A DNA stretch of 64,000 nt from Candidatus Limnocylindria bacterium (GTDB lineage: Bacteria > Chloroflexota > Limnocylindria > QHBO01). Both the position numbers and the translations under genes were made by a program. The stretch lies in contig DASTTX010000102.1 of assembly GCA_035759945.1 (NCBI GenBank), positions 2,027 through 66,026 on the forward strand, read 5' to 3'. This document shows, piece after piece, positions 15,977-25,761 of the stretch. Below the pieces are notes generated by a model, which worked only from the letters and a program-made list of their open reading frames with translations, was not told the DNA's origin and did not search any database. Numbering within the stretch: the stretch's first letter is position 1; every line of letters begins with the position of its first letter.

Positions 15977-17946
15977 CGGTCCACGACCGCGCCGGCCTGC
16001 TGGCCGACCTGTCCGAGCACGTTGTCCTTGTAGCTCTCCAACAGAACCTTCCCGTCAGGCGTGAACCGCTCGAGCTCGAGCCGGTCCATGGTGATGCAGT
16101 TGGTGGGGCAGCGCTCGACGCAGAGGTTGCAGCGGATGCAGCGCTCCTCGTCGATGATCATGGCGATCCCGCGCGGCCACGACTGGAAGAACTCCTGCTC
16201 CGGGTCGTCGCCGCCGACCTGCGCCTTGTCGATCATGTAGATCACGCCCTCGGGGCAGACGTCGGCGCAGAGTCCGCACAGGATACAGCGGGGGCCGTCG
16301 ATGTTGATGTTGTGGTTGCACTGGAGGCAGCGGCTGCCCTCGTCGATGGCGCTGCGCGTGTCGTAGCCGACCTCGACCAGGCTGGTGAAGTCACGCCGCA
16401 GCTCCGGCGGCGCCATCGGGATCTCCTGGCGGCGGGTGGCCTCGTAGAAGCGCGGCATGTCGTGATCGAGGCTCTGGGTGATGGTGGCGCGGTTGATGAC
16501 CGGCAGCTCCTCGAGCTCTTCGCCACGCAGCCCGGCGAGCCAGCGGTCGACGCTGCGCGCTGCCCGCCGCCCGAGGCCGGCGGCCTCGATGATCGTGGCG
16601 GGGCCCGTCACGAAGTCACCCACGGCGAAGATGCCGTCCTGGTTCGTGCCGAAGGTGTCGGCGTTGATGGCGACATTGCCGCGCTTGAACTCGAACTTCA
16701 GGTCGTTCAGCGAGTTGCCCTGCGCATCCTTCGGCGTCGTGCCGTTCAGCGGCTCGGTGCGCCAGGCGGACAGGGAGCCGCCCTCGACCACGGTCCGCGT
16801 ATCGGTCACGCCGACGTGCCGGTTGAGCTTGGCGCCGAACTCCCCGAGGACATTGTTGTCCGATGCCTGGCTGGTGCACGGGATGACCATGTCGCAGGGG
16901 ACGGTGAACTCGCTGCCCGGGATCGGCTCGGCGCTGCGACGGCCGGTCGCGTCCGGCGGCCCGAGGCGGGTGCGCACGAACTTCATGCCGCTGACGTGCC
17001 CGTTCTCGTCGGCGAGGACCTCGACCGGCGAGGCGAAGTACTCGAACTGGACGCCCTCGAAGCGCGTCTCGTGCTGCTCCTCCTCGTCGACCACCATCTC
17101 GTCCGGGCCGCGGCGGTAGAGGATCGTGCTCGTCTTGGCCCCCAGCCGAAGCGCGGTTCGCGAGGAGTCCATGGCGGTGTAGCCGCCGCCGATGACGACG
17201 ACGTGCTCGCCGACCCATTGCGACTGCCCGAGGTTGGCGCGCTTCAGGAAGTCGACGCCGTAGATGACGCCGTCGAGCTCCTCGCCGGGGACGTTCATGG
17301 CGACCGGGTACATGCATCCGGTGGCGACCACGACCGCGTCATGCTTCGCGCGCAGCTGCTCCAGGGTGATGTCGCGACCGATCTCGACGTTATAGTGGAA
17401 CTGCACGCCGTGCTTGGCGACCCAGTTCACGTCCAGCTCGATGACGTCGCGCGGGAGCCGGAAGGCCGGGACGCCGATGAGCGTCGTGCCGCCGCCCGAG
17501 GGCAGCGCCTCGTAGATGTGGACCTCATGGCCCCAGCTGCCGAGCTCCTTGGCGGCCGCCAGGCCGGCGGGGCCGGCACCGATGACGGCCACGCTCCGCC
17601 CGGTGGGCGCCTGCACCACCACGTTGTCGGGCATGTTGTTGCCGTAGTGCCAGTCGACGAGGAAACGCTTCATGGCGCGGATCGCCAGCGGCTTGTCGAT
17701 GTCGGCGCGGCGGCAGGCCTTTTCGCACGGCGCGCTGCACACGTAGCCGCAGATGGCGGCCACCGGGTTCGGGTCGCGGGCGAGGATGTAGCCCTCCTCG
17801 AAGCGCCCTTCGGCGGCCAGCATCAGGTAGCCCCGGCAATTGGTGTTGACCGGGCAGCCTTCCTGGCACTCGATGTTGCACTGAAGCCAGTCGACACCGA
17901 CCTCGGCCGTCTGGAACCTCAGGGGAATCGCGGTATCTGAGATCAC
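15973..17946 (-). CDS. Glutamate-synthase-beta (GltD)-like NAD(P)H:FAD oxidoreductase with N-terminal Fe-S motifs and a C-terminal 2x[4Fe-4S] ferredoxin domain
   Basis: 657 aa. N-terminal Cys clusters ([10 protein letters not shown] and [13 protein letters not shown]). Two Rossmann dinucleotide motifs ([14 protein letters not shown] and [12 protein letters not shown]). C-terminal [12 protein letters not shown] and [12 protein letters not shown]. Confidence 0.8.
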   Translation of the reverse strand: MISDTAIPLRFQTAEVGVDWLQCNIECQEGCPVNTNCRGYLMLAAEGRFEEGYILARDPNPVAAICGYVCSAPCEKACRRADIDKPLAIRAMKRFLVDWHYGNNMPDNVVVQAPTGRSVAVIGAGPAGLAAAKELGSWGHEVHIYEALPSGGGTTLIGVPAFRLPRDVIELDVNWVAKHGVQFHYNVEIGRDITLEQLRAKHDAVVVATGCMYPVAMNVPGEELDGVIYGVDFLKRANLGQSQWVGEHVVVIGGGYTAMDSSRTALRLGAKTSTILYRRGPDEMVVDEEEQHETRFEGVQFEYFASPVEVLADENGHVSGMKFVRTRLGPPDATGRRSAEPIPGSEFTVPCDMVIPCTSQASDNNVLGEFGAKLNRHVGVTDTRTVVEGGSLSAWRTEPLNGTTPKDAQGNSLNDLKFEFKRGNVAINADTFGTNQDGIFAVGDFVTGPATIIEAAGLGRRAARSVDRWLAGLRGEELEELPVINRATITQSLDHDMPRFYEATRRQEIPMAPPELRRDFTSLVEVGYDTRSAIDEGSRCLQCNHNINIDGPRCILCGLCADVCPEGVIYMIDKAQVGGDDPEQEFFQSWPRGIAMIIDEERCIRCNLCVERCPTNCITMDRLELERFTPDGKVLLESYKDNVLGQVGQQAGAVVDR

Positions 17947-18058
17947 TGCGTCGTGGTCGCTCTCCGGGCGGCGTTAGACCATGGGGCAACTAAAGGAGCG
18001 GCGAGACCGATGCTACCCGTTCCGTCTCGCGCCGTGCAAGGCGCGCGTCGTTGGCCGG

Positions 18059-20074
18059 TCATTGGCTGAAGTGGGCGGCCATCACCTGGCGGACGAGCGG
18101 GGCCGCGTCCGTGCCGCCGGTGCCGAGCGCGATGTACGGCAAGATCGTCGCGACCGCGATCGTCGGATCGTCGGCAGGAGCGTAGGCCGGGAACCAGGCG
18201 TGCGGGTCCGGTGTGCCGGTCTCGGCCGTTCCGGACTTGCCGGCGACCGGGATCCCAAAGCCGGAGAAGGCGGCGGTGCCCGTGCCGTACGGCAGCGTCG
18301 TCACGGCCTGCAGCGTATCGGTCACGAATGCGAGGTCGGCCGGATCGACCGGGATCTGGTGGGCGACGGTCGGCTCGACGCCGGCAACGAGCGTTCCATC
18401 CGGCAGCGTGGCGCTCGTCACGATCCGTGCCTGCCACAGCGTCCCGCCGTTGCCGATGGCGGCATAGGCGTTCGCCAGCTGGAGCGGCGTGAGGAGCAGC
18501 GCGCCCTGGCCGATTGCCAGCTGCACCTGCTCGAAGCCGGAGTACCCACCGCGACCGTTGGCCGCGAGCCACGCATCATCCGGCACGATGCCGATTTCCT
18601 CCACGAGGTACCCGATGCCGGTCGCCGCGCCGAAGCCGAAGTCCTTGAGCAGGTCGGTCAGGGCCGTCTCATCGGTCTGATAGACCTCGAGCGCGAGCGG
18701 CATGTAGGTGGTGTTGCAGCTGAATGCCATGGATTCGGCCAGGCCCACCTGCCCGGGCAGCGAGTGGTCCATGTAGTTGTGGAAGGTGAAGTCGCCGTAC
18801 TGCCACGTCGGCGGGCATGGTCGCGTGCTGGCCGGGCTGACCACGCCCCTCTGGAGGGCGGCGACAAGCGTGAACGGCTTGAACGACGAGCCCGCCGGAT
18901 AGGCGCCGAGCACCGCCTTGTTGAAGATCTGGCCCGTGCCCGCCGGGGTAAGCGGGTCGCCGGCCAGGGTCGTGCCGATGGTCAGGGAGTTCGGATTGAA
19001 CGCCGGCTGGCTGGCGAGCGCCCAGACGTCCCCGGAACGCGGGTCGACCACCGCCGTGGCGCCCTCCGCGTGCGTGGCGAGGGCCTGCTGTGCCGCCAGC
19101 TGAATGTTCGGGCGGATCGTGATCGCCACGTCCGCCCCGGGGACCATCTCGTTCTGGTACAGGACCGATTCGGTACCGTCTCCGCCGACCGCGACCAGGC
19201 TCCAGCCGGGCGTCCCGCGAAGCAGCGCTTCGGCACCGGACTCCAGTCCCGAGCGCCCGACCACGTCGCCGGCTCGGTACCCATCGGCGGCGAGCGTCTC
19301 CAGGTCGTCGGCGGTGACCTCGCTGACGTAGCCGATGACCTGGCCCGCCAGGGCCTCCTGCGGATACACGCGCGCGCCGTCGTCGCGCGTCTCCGCCCAC
19401 ACCACGCCGCCGGCGCCGATGATCCGGCCGCGCGTCCCCAGCTCTCGGTCGAGCCGTAGCGTCCCGGCCGGCCCGAGCTCGGGGAAGAGCACCTCGGGAC
19501 TCCAGCGCAGAAGCCAGCCGTCGGCACCCTGGACGTAGGTCAGCTCGCGCTCGAGCGAAAGGTCGCCGAAGCGCTCGGAGGCGACGTCGACCGACACCGG
19601 GATCGCCATCCCGGGAACGGGGCCCTGGAGCGGGGCGGCGGGGTCGATGGACGGCGCGGTGGTGGCCGTCGGTTCGGGCCCGGCGCTCGCGGACGGGTCG
19701 GGCGTGGGCACCGGCGTGGCGGTCGGTGCGGGGAACTGGCTCGAGCGCGGCTCCGGCGCAAGAGCCACGAGGGTGGGTGCGCCGGCGGTCGCCGCCAGGC
19801 CAGTGACTTGCGCCAGCTCCGCGAAGGCGGCGTGCAGCTCAGCGAACTGGTCGGCCGAGTAGTCATCGCGGATCGCGGGGTCGAGCTCGGCGTACATGGC
19901 GGCGTAGTCGCCAGCGGCCCACGCGTCCAGGTAGCGCGAGGCCAGCTCGACGGCGGCGGTCGGCGCCGCCAGCGGGAAGGTCGTCGGGAGCGGGGTCGGA
20001 TCCGGAGCCGAATCAGCGCTGCAGGCGGCGAGGACGAGGAGCGGAAGGGCCAGCAGCAGTGAGCGCCCGCTCAT
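18059..20074 (-). CDS. Penicillin-binding protein (class B transpeptidase) lipoprotein
   Basis: Start MSGRSLLLALPLLVLAACS (lipobox). An NTF2-like N-domain is followed by a transpeptidase domain with SSFKP, SCN and KSGT motifs. ATGA overlap with the upstream PIG-L gene. Confidence 0.8.
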   Translation of the reverse strand: MSGRSLLLALPLLVLAACSADSAPDPTPLPTTFPLAAPTAAVELASRYLDAWAAGDYAAMYAELDPAIRDDYSADQFAELHAAFAELAQVTGLAATAGAPTLVALAPEPRSSQFPAPTATPVPTPDPSASAGPEPTATTAPSIDPAAPLQGPVPGMAIPVSVDVASERFGDLSLERELTYVQGADGWLLRWSPEVLFPELGPAGTLRLDRELGTRGRIIGAGGVVWAETRDDGARVYPQEALAGQVIGYVSEVTADDLETLAADGYRAGDVVGRSGLESGAEALLRGTPGWSLVAVGGDGTESVLYQNEMVPGADVAITIRPNIQLAAQQALATHAEGATAVVDPRSGDVWALASQPAFNPNSLTIGTTLAGDPLTPAGTGQIFNKAVLGAYPAGSSFKPFTLVAALQRGVVSPASTRPCPPTWQYGDFTFHNYMDHSLPGQVGLAESMAFSCNTTYMPLALEVYQTDETALTDLLKDFGFGAATGIGYLVEEIGIVPDDAWLAANGRGGYSGFEQVQLAIGQGALLLTPLQLANAYAAIGNGGTLWQARIVTSATLPDGTLVAGVEPTVAHQIPVDPADLAFVTDTLQAVTTLPYGTGTAAFSGFGIPVAGKSGTAETGTPDPHAWFPAYAPADDPTIAVATILPYIALGTGGTDAAPLVRQVMAAHFSQ

Positions 20075-20790
20075 CGCGCCAGCGTCACCCGGCGAAAGCC
20101 CTCGGCGGCCCGGTATCCGGTGCGATCGCCGAGCTCCTCGCTGCGGCGCCGAACCCATCGCGCGATGTCGTCGAAGGCGCGGAACTGGCTGGCGTGATGC
20201 CCGAGCGCCGCCACCTTGCGCTCGAGCGTCTCACCGATATCGACGATCTGGTTCGCCTCGTTCGTGCTCCACAGGTAGAGCTCCGCCACCTTCCACGCCT
20301 CGAGGCCGGCGGCCAGGTGCTCGGGAAAGTTGAGCGGGTCGCGAGCCGTCGGAAAGACGGCATCGACCGTCGACTGTCCGACGGCGCGGTGGTCGGGATG
20401 GTTGACCCACTCGTTGTTGACGAAGAGGACGGTCGGGTCGTGGGTCATGACGACTTCGGGTTGCCACGCGCGCACCGCCCGCGTGATGCGCTCGCGCAGC
20501 TCGAGCGATGCCTGCACCTGTCCGTCCGGCTCGTCCAGGAAGTCGACGCCATCGACGCCGATCTCCGCGGCAGCCGCCCGCTGCTCACGCTCGCGCAGCT
20601 CGACGAGCGCGGCGACGTCCGCGCGGGGATCGTCGCTTCCCTTGTCGCCGCGCGTCGCCACCAGGTACCGAACGCTGGCTCCCTCGCCCACCCAGCGAGC
20701 GATCGTGCCGGCTGCCCCAAACTCGATGTCGTCGGGATGGGCCGCCGCGACGAGCACGCGTCGTGGGGTGGGCAGCTTGTCGTCAGGCAT
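20071..20790 (-). CDS. PIG-L/LmbE-family N-acetylglucosaminyl deacetylase
   Basis: Start MPDDKLP (ATG at 20790). AHPDDIEFG and HPDH zinc-binding motifs typical of LmbE-like deacetylases. Confidence 0.75.
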   Translation of the reverse strand: MPDDKLPTPRRVLVAAAHPDDIEFGAAGTIARWVGEGASVRYLVATRGDKGSDDPRADVAALVELREREQRAAAAEIGVDGVDFLDEPDGQVQASLELRERITRAVRAWQPEVVMTHDPTVLFVNNEWVNHPDHRAVGQSTVDAVFPTARDPLNFPEHLAAGLEAWKVAELYLWSTNEANQIVDIGETLERKVAALGHHASQFRAFDDIARWVRRRSEELGDRTGYRAAEGFRRVTLAR

Positions 20791-23700
20791 GAACCGGCTC
20801 GATGCTAGCAGTCGCATCGAGCGAGACGGTGCTGGCACCGGTGGGGTCGAGCAGCTCCGCCGTGCGCGGATGGCAGGTGAAGAAGAGCACCTGGTGGCGT
20901 TCGGCCAGGGCGTGGAGCGCATCGGCCGCGCGATCGGCCCGATCGGGATCGAAGTTGACCAGGATGTCGTCCATGACCACGGGGAGCGGCTCGGCGTGCC
21001 GGGCGAATTCCTCGATCAGGCCGAAGCGCAGGGCGAGGTACAGCTGCTCGGCGGTCCCGCGGGAGAGCTCCTCGGTGGCCTTCGCGCCGCCGCCGTCGCT
21101 CTCGATCCGGACCGTCGCTTCGCCCGGCGCGGTGATGATGCGGCTGTAGCGCCCGCCGGTGATGCGCTCGAAGTGCGATTCGGCGGCGCGCACGACGTCC
21201 GGCTGGCGCTCTCGCTCGTAGCGAGCGCGGGTCTCCTCCAACAGCCGCAGGGTCAGCGCCTTCACCGCCCATTCGCGGGCCATGGCCGATGCGCGTCCCT
21301 CGAGCACCGCGAGCTCCTGGCGCTTCATGCCGATCTCCTCGGCGGCCTCGAGCTGCCTGATGCGATCCTCGAGGGCGCCGATGCGCGTCAGGGTCCCGCG
21401 CTCCTCTGCCTCCACCCTGCTCAGCTCATCGGCCGCTTCGGCGCGCGCCGCCTCCAGCGCAGCAGGGTCCGCGCCGGCACTCTCCTCGAGGAGTGCCGGG
21501 ATCGCGTCCAGGCTGCCGGCGATGCCGGCGAGCCGCTCTCGAACCTCGCGGGCGCGACCGTGCAGCTCGGCTCGGGCGGTCGCTTCCGTCGCACGGCGGC
21601 GCAGCGCATCCGCGTCCGTGCAGCCGAGCCCATCGAGGTGCGCCGACACCGCCGCCTCGCGCTCCGCGACCTCCGTCGCCAGCGGTCCGCGCCGAGTCGT
21701 CAGCTGCGCGATGGTGGCGTCGAGCTCCGCGGCTCGTCTCTGCGCGGCTCGCGCCTCGTCCAGGCCCGCTCCGACGCCGGCGAGCAGCGCGTGGCGGCGC
21801 GGACCATCGGCACTGGGCTCCATGCCCAGCTCGCTCAGCAGCCGGTCCGCGCGCTGGGCGAACGCGGCGTCCGCCGCGTCGAGCCGGGCGAGCTCCGCGG
21901 CAAGCCGGTCGCGGTCCGCTGCGGCGCGGCGCGCGATGCCCGCAGCCGCCATGACCTGTCGCGCCGCGTCGGGCGACGTGCCGGCGACGAGGCCGTGCGA
22001 CACCAGCCATGCGTCCCAGTCCGACTGGGCGGCGTCTGCGGCGTCGGCAGCGGCAGCCGCCTCGATCGAGCGCTGGTCGACCTCCGCGCGACGGGCCGCC
22101 AGCGTCGCTCGCCACTCGTCCGCCATCGAACGGCGCGCGCGCTCGGTGGCCGCCGTATCGGCGACGCGGCGGACATCGTCATCGGTCGCATCCGGAGCCA
22201 GGCTCAACGAGGCAAGCAGCCGCCGGCGTTCGGCGTCAAGCTGCTCGAGGTCGGCGCCCTCGCCGACCGCGGGCCCGCCGCGACCGGTCGTCGCCAGCAC
22301 CGCCACGGCGATCGCGGCGAGGAGGATGCCGGCGAGCAGGCCCATCAGCGTCGCGCCGGCGAAGGTCCCGATCAGCGCGCCGCCGGCGACGACGAGAAGC
22401 GCGAGAGCGGTCAACCCGGCGGGGCCCAACCGGAGACCGGCACGGTCGCCGCGCTGTGCAAGCGCCTCGGCAGTCGCCCGCTGAATGCGAAGCGCCTCGA
22501 GAGACCGGAGGGCGCCGGCGCGGGCCTCGATCGCCGCGTCATCGAGCGTCTCATCGGCTCCACCCTCGCGCTCGCGTCGCTCGAGCTCATCGGCCGCAGC
22601 CCGATGCCTGGCCTCGGCCTCGCGCGCCAGCTTGCCGGCAATGTCGAGCGCGCGCTCATGCGAACGTGTCGCCTCGACGGCCGGGATCGAGTCGTCGATC
22701 GCCACGAGGCGCGCCTCGTCCCACCCGCCGACACGGCTCAGCTGCTCGGCGACGGTCGCCGCGCTCCGGGAACGTGCGGCTTCGAGATCTCCGCGCCGGC
22801 CCTCCGCCGCGGCACGGGCGGTTCGCTCCTCGAGGACGGCCGTCACCTCGTCAGCCCAGCCGAGCACCCGGTCGTCCGGCTGCGTGTGCGCGCGCTCGGA
22901 TCGCGCTTCGGCCAGCTGCTCGTCGATGCTGGCCAATCTCGCGCGGGCCGCCTCGAGCTCGCCGAGCAGCCGGTCGAGGATGGCCACAGCATCGGTCGGC
23001 AGGTCGTCGAGCGTTGCGTCACCAGCCGCGAGGTCGGTCTCGAGCAGCATCAGCTCGGCGGCAATCGGCCCCGCTTCCTCGATGCGGCCGAGCCGTAGGA
23101 CCCGCTCTCGAAGGACCCGAATCCGGCCGCGCAGCTCCTCGCTTCGCGCCATGAGCTCGTTGCGCTCTCGGTGGGCAGCGGCGTGCTCGGCGGGCTGGTG
23201 CGCGAGATCGGCGATCTCGGCGCGCACTTGCTCGATCCGCGCCAGCAGCTCATTCAGCGGCGGCTTGCTGCCGGACGGGACGAACGACTCGCGCAGCTGG
23301 GCGCGCAGCTCCTGCTCGAGGTCGACCGCGCTCGACCCGCCGAGCCCGGCGCTGGCGCCATAGATCCGACCGCGCACGCCCTCGGTGGAGAGGCTGTGGA
23401 AGTTCTGCAGCTCGCCAAGCCCGAAGGCGAAGATGTTGTTGAACAGGTCCTTGTCCGCTCCGCGGAGCAGGCGGTCGAGCGTCTCCTGGCCGCCCTGGCT
23501 GCCGTTCGGGGCGCGGACCACCAGCGTCCCACCTCCGCCACGCTCGCCGTGACGCTCGACGACCCAGCGCTCCCTTGCCGCCGTGCGCAGCACGAGCCGC
23601 CCGCCGCGGCGGCCGCCGGCGAAGGCCGGATACCAGGTTCGCCCATCGCGCGTCGCCTCGAAGCCGAACAGCAGGGCGCGAACCGCGTTGAGGAACGTCG

Positions 23701-23809
23701 TCTTGCCGGCCTCGTTGTCGCCGCGAATGACGGTCAGGCCCTCGCTGAAGGCCCAGGCGGCTTGATGGAAGCGGCCGAACCCGTCGAGCTCGACGCGCTC
23801 GAACCGCAT
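20783..23809 (-). CDS. SbcC/YhaN-like AAA ATPase (DNA repair exonuclease ATPase subunit-like) with a central TM hairpin
   Basis: Real start MRFERVELDGFGRF (ATG at 23809, ATGA overlap with the SbcD-like gene); the ORF track's 1343 aa upstream extension is noise. Walker A GDNEAGKTTFLNAV, a long coiled-coil, a central hydrophobic segment, and a C-terminal ABC signature/Walker B region (LSRGTAEQLYLALR...VVMDDILVNFD). Confidence 0.75.
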   Translation of the reverse strand: MRFERVELDGFGRFHQAAWAFSEGLTVIRGDNEAGKTTFLNAVRALLFGFEATRDGRTWYPAFAGGRRGGRLVLRTAARERWVVERHGERGGGGTLVVRAPNGSQGGQETLDRLLRGADKDLFNNIFAFGLGELQNFHSLSTEGVRGRIYGASAGLGGSSAVDLEQELRAQLRESFVPSGSKPPLNELLARIEQVRAEIADLAHQPAEHAAAHRERNELMARSEELRGRIRVLRERVLRLGRIEEAGPIAAELMLLETDLAAGDATLDDLPTDAVAILDRLLGELEAARARLASIDEQLAEARSERAHTQPDDRVLGWADEVTAVLEERTARAAAEGRRGDLEAARSRSAATVAEQLSRVGGWDEARLVAIDDSIPAVEATRSHERALDIAGKLAREAEARHRAAADELERREREGGADETLDDAAIEARAGALRSLEALRIQRATAEALAQRGDRAGLRLGPAGLTALALLVVAGGALIGTFAGATLMGLLAGILLAAIAVAVLATTGRGGPAVGEGADLEQLDAERRRLLASLSLAPDATDDDVRRVADTAATERARRSMADEWRATLAARRAEVDQRSIEAAAAADAADAAQSDWDAWLVSHGLVAGTSPDAARQVMAAAGIARRAAADRDRLAAELARLDAADAAFAQRADRLLSELGMEPSADGPRRHALLAGVGAGLDEARAAQRRAAELDATIAQLTTRRGPLATEVAEREAAVSAHLDGLGCTDADALRRRATEATARAELHGRAREVRERLAGIAGSLDAIPALLEESAGADPAALEAARAEAADELSRVEAEERGTLTRIGALEDRIRQLEAAEEIGMKRQELAVLEGRASAMAREWAVKALTLRLLEETRARYERERQPDVVRAAESHFERITGGRYSRIITAPGEATVRIESDGGGAKATEELSRGTAEQLYLALRFGLIEEFARHAEPLPVVMDDILVNFDPDRADRAADALHALAERHQVLFFTCHPRTAELLDPTGASTVSLDATASIEPVHA

Positions 23810-25134
23810 CAGCGATCCTCCTCGGCGGCGAGCAGCAGGTCGAGGCCCAGCGCTTCCGCGTCGTCGAGCAGGTCGCCGGACAGTGCATCGTCCGTCGGTC
23901 GCGACGCGGCGAGGAACTTCCGCCCGCGCTGCGACTCCTCGAACAGCGGCGCGATCGCCCCGCGCAGCGCCGCGTCCCAGCGCTCGTGCTCCTCGGGGTC
24001 CGTCGTCCGCCCGCTGCGCCGCGCGGCCGCGACGGTCCGCAGAAAGTCCCCGACGAAGTCGGGAGCGTCGCGCCGGACCTCGATGTCGATCTCCGAGCGC
24101 GTGGCGTCGCGAACCGACTCCACCCAGCCGAAGGGCCGCATCCCGGCCGTCTCCTCGTTGAGCAGCTCCCGAAGGTCGCCCAGGTAGCCATGGCGCGCCA
24201 GGTGCGCGTGCAGCGGCCCGCGCCCGCTCAGTCGGAGTCGGATGACCAGCGACCGCCCATCGGCTCCATCGAGCGCCAAGCCCACCGCCTCCCGGCACGT
24301 TCGGGCGAGTGCCTCGTCGTCGGGAAGGCCAGCGATCGAGACCTCGACCGGCTGCCAGCGGACGACGTCGGTGGCGACGAAGCGTGGAGTGACCCGGCCC
24401 GCCGCGTCGACATCGACCACGTAGCAGCCATGCGCCCCGAGCTCTCCGGGATCGCGGCCCTGCGGAATGCCGCAGTACCAGGCCGGCGGATCGGTGAGCA
24501 CCTGCCCGGGCTGGTGGATATGGCCGAGCGCCCAGTAGTCCATGCCCGACGCACGCAGGTCGGCCGCCGAGCATGGCGCGTAGTTGTGATGGCCGGGCTG
24601 ATCGCCGACGTTCGTGTGCAGCAGGCCGACCGAGAACGGTGCGTCCGGCTCCGCCCGAAATGCGGCGGCGTAGTTCTCCGTGACGGCCGAGCGTGGATAG
24701 GATCGCCCGTGGATGCGCGCGATCTCGTGCCCGTCGCGCACGACTGGCGCCGACTCGCCGGGGCCCGTCCCGAAGCGGTGCACCGCGGCAGGAAACTCCA
24801 GCGAGGGTGCCCATGCCCGACCGTCGAGCGGGTCGTGGTTGCCGTGAACGACGAAGCTCGCGATGCCAGCCGAGGCGAGCTCGGCGAGGCCGTCGCGGAA
24901 GCGAGTCTGGCCCAGCAGGGTGGGGCTCTCGACCTCGAACACGTCGCCGGCGACGACGACGAAGTCGACCCGTTCGTCGAGCGCGGTGCGGACGACGTTG
25001 CGCCAGGCGTCGATGGTGGCGCTGCGCAGGACGGCCAGGACGTCGGGCGGCGCCTGCGCGCTCAGCCCCTCCAGCGGGCTGTCGAGGTGAAGGTCACCAG
25101 TGTGGAGGAAGCGAAAGGGCTCGAGAGACGACAC
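23809..25134 (-). CDS. SbcD/YhaO-like calcineurin-type metallophosphoesterase (DNA repair exonuclease)
   Basis: Mre11-type motifs FLHTGDLHLD, VVVAGDVF and GNHD. Confidence 0.75.
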   Translation of the reverse strand: MSSLEPFRFLHTGDLHLDSPLEGLSAQAPPDVLAVLRSATIDAWRNVVRTALDERVDFVVVAGDVFEVESPTLLGQTRFRDGLAELASAGIASFVVHGNHDPLDGRAWAPSLEFPAAVHRFGTGPGESAPVVRDGHEIARIHGRSYPRSAVTENYAAAFRAEPDAPFSVGLLHTNVGDQPGHHNYAPCSAADLRASGMDYWALGHIHQPGQVLTDPPAWYCGIPQGRDPGELGAHGCYVVDVDAAGRVTPRFVATDVVRWQPVEVSIAGLPDDEALARTCREAVGLALDGADGRSLVIRLRLSGRGPLHAHLARHGYLGDLRELLNEETAGMRPFGWVESVRDATRSEIDIEVRRDAPDFVGDFLRTVAAARRSGRTTDPEEHERWDAALRGAIAPLFEESQRGRKFLAASRPTDDALSGDLLDDAEALGLDLLLAAEEDR

Positions 25135-25279
25135 GGCCCGCCAAGCGTAGCCGATGGCCGTGACAGCTCACCGGTCGCGAGGCGGGCCGCATCCGGTCCG
25201 TCTCAGGCACGGCGCCGACCGCTTCCCCCCCATGACGACCACGGGGATCGCTGCGGCCGGCGTCAGCAGGCCTGCTTAC

Positions 25280-25426
25280 CTAGACGGTGCGTCGTCCGCT
25301 GAGCAGCTGGAAGACGAGCACGATGGCCGCGATCACCAGCAGCAGCCAGATAAGGCCGCCGCCGATGTTGCCGATCAGGCCGAGAAGCCAGAGGACCAGC
25401 AGGATGACGATGATCGTCCAGAGCAT
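25280..25426 (-). CDS. lmo0937-family small membrane protein (48 aa)
   Basis: Manual translation gives MLWTIIVILLVLWLLGLIGNIGGGLIWLLLVIAAIVLVFQLLSGRRTV. Too small to appear in the ORF track. Confidence 0.6.
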   Translation of the reverse strand: MLWTIIVILLVLWLLGLIGNIGGGLIWLLLVIAAIVLVFQLLSGRRTV

Positions 25427-25504
25427 CGGGTTCTCCTCAATCGATTCGTTCCCCTCCGTTCTCGCAGGTATGGCAGATTGCGTGCCAGCCGAGCGAGCGA
25501 CCGA

Positions 25505-25654
25505 TCAGTCGCCCTGTGGACGACGCTGCTCGATGACCTGGTATACGAGGAGAACGGCGGCGGCGAGCAGGAAGAGGTTGACCCACTGCCCCAGGCGAAG
25601 AAGCACGCCCGCCAGCCACAGGACGAGCGTCGCGGCGGTCAGAAGCCAGATCAT
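25505..25654 (-). CDS. lmo0937-family small membrane protein paralog (49 aa)
   Basis: Manual translation gives MIWLLTAATLVLWLAGVLLRLGQWVNLFLLAAAVLLVYQVIEQRRPQGD. Its start overlaps the stop of the preceding micro-ORF. Confidence 0.55.
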   Translation of the reverse strand: MIWLLTAATLVLWLAGVLLRLGQWVNLFLLAAAVLLVYQVIEQRRPQGD

Positions 25655-25761
25655 CGGATCGGGTGCAGCAGTGCGGCCATGGCCATCACCCCGAGGACGA
25701 CCAGCAGCATCACCGCGAACACGATGATGCTGCCCGCGATGACGACGCCCCGGTCGCTCAT
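25651..25761 (-). CDS. Hypothetical 36 aa single-TM micro-protein
   Basis: MSDRGVVIAGSIIVFAVMLLVVLGVMAMAALLHPIR. ATGA overlap with the bcp stop on one side and with the lmo0937-like start on the other. Confidence 0.4.
   Translation of the reverse strand: MSDRGVVIAGSIIVFAVMLLVVLGVMAMAALLHPIR

Noticed and set aside
20330-23098. 922 aa plus-strand ORF and many nested ORFs
   Set aside because: Antisense to the SbcC-like ATPase gene, with a low-complexity translation.
23809-24814. N-terminal 335 aa extension of the 1343 aa ORF in the track
   Set aside because: The extension is Arg/Gly-rich noise overlapping the SbcD-like gene in another frame. The conserved Walker A-containing start MRFERVELDGFG sits at an ATGA junction with the upstream gene.
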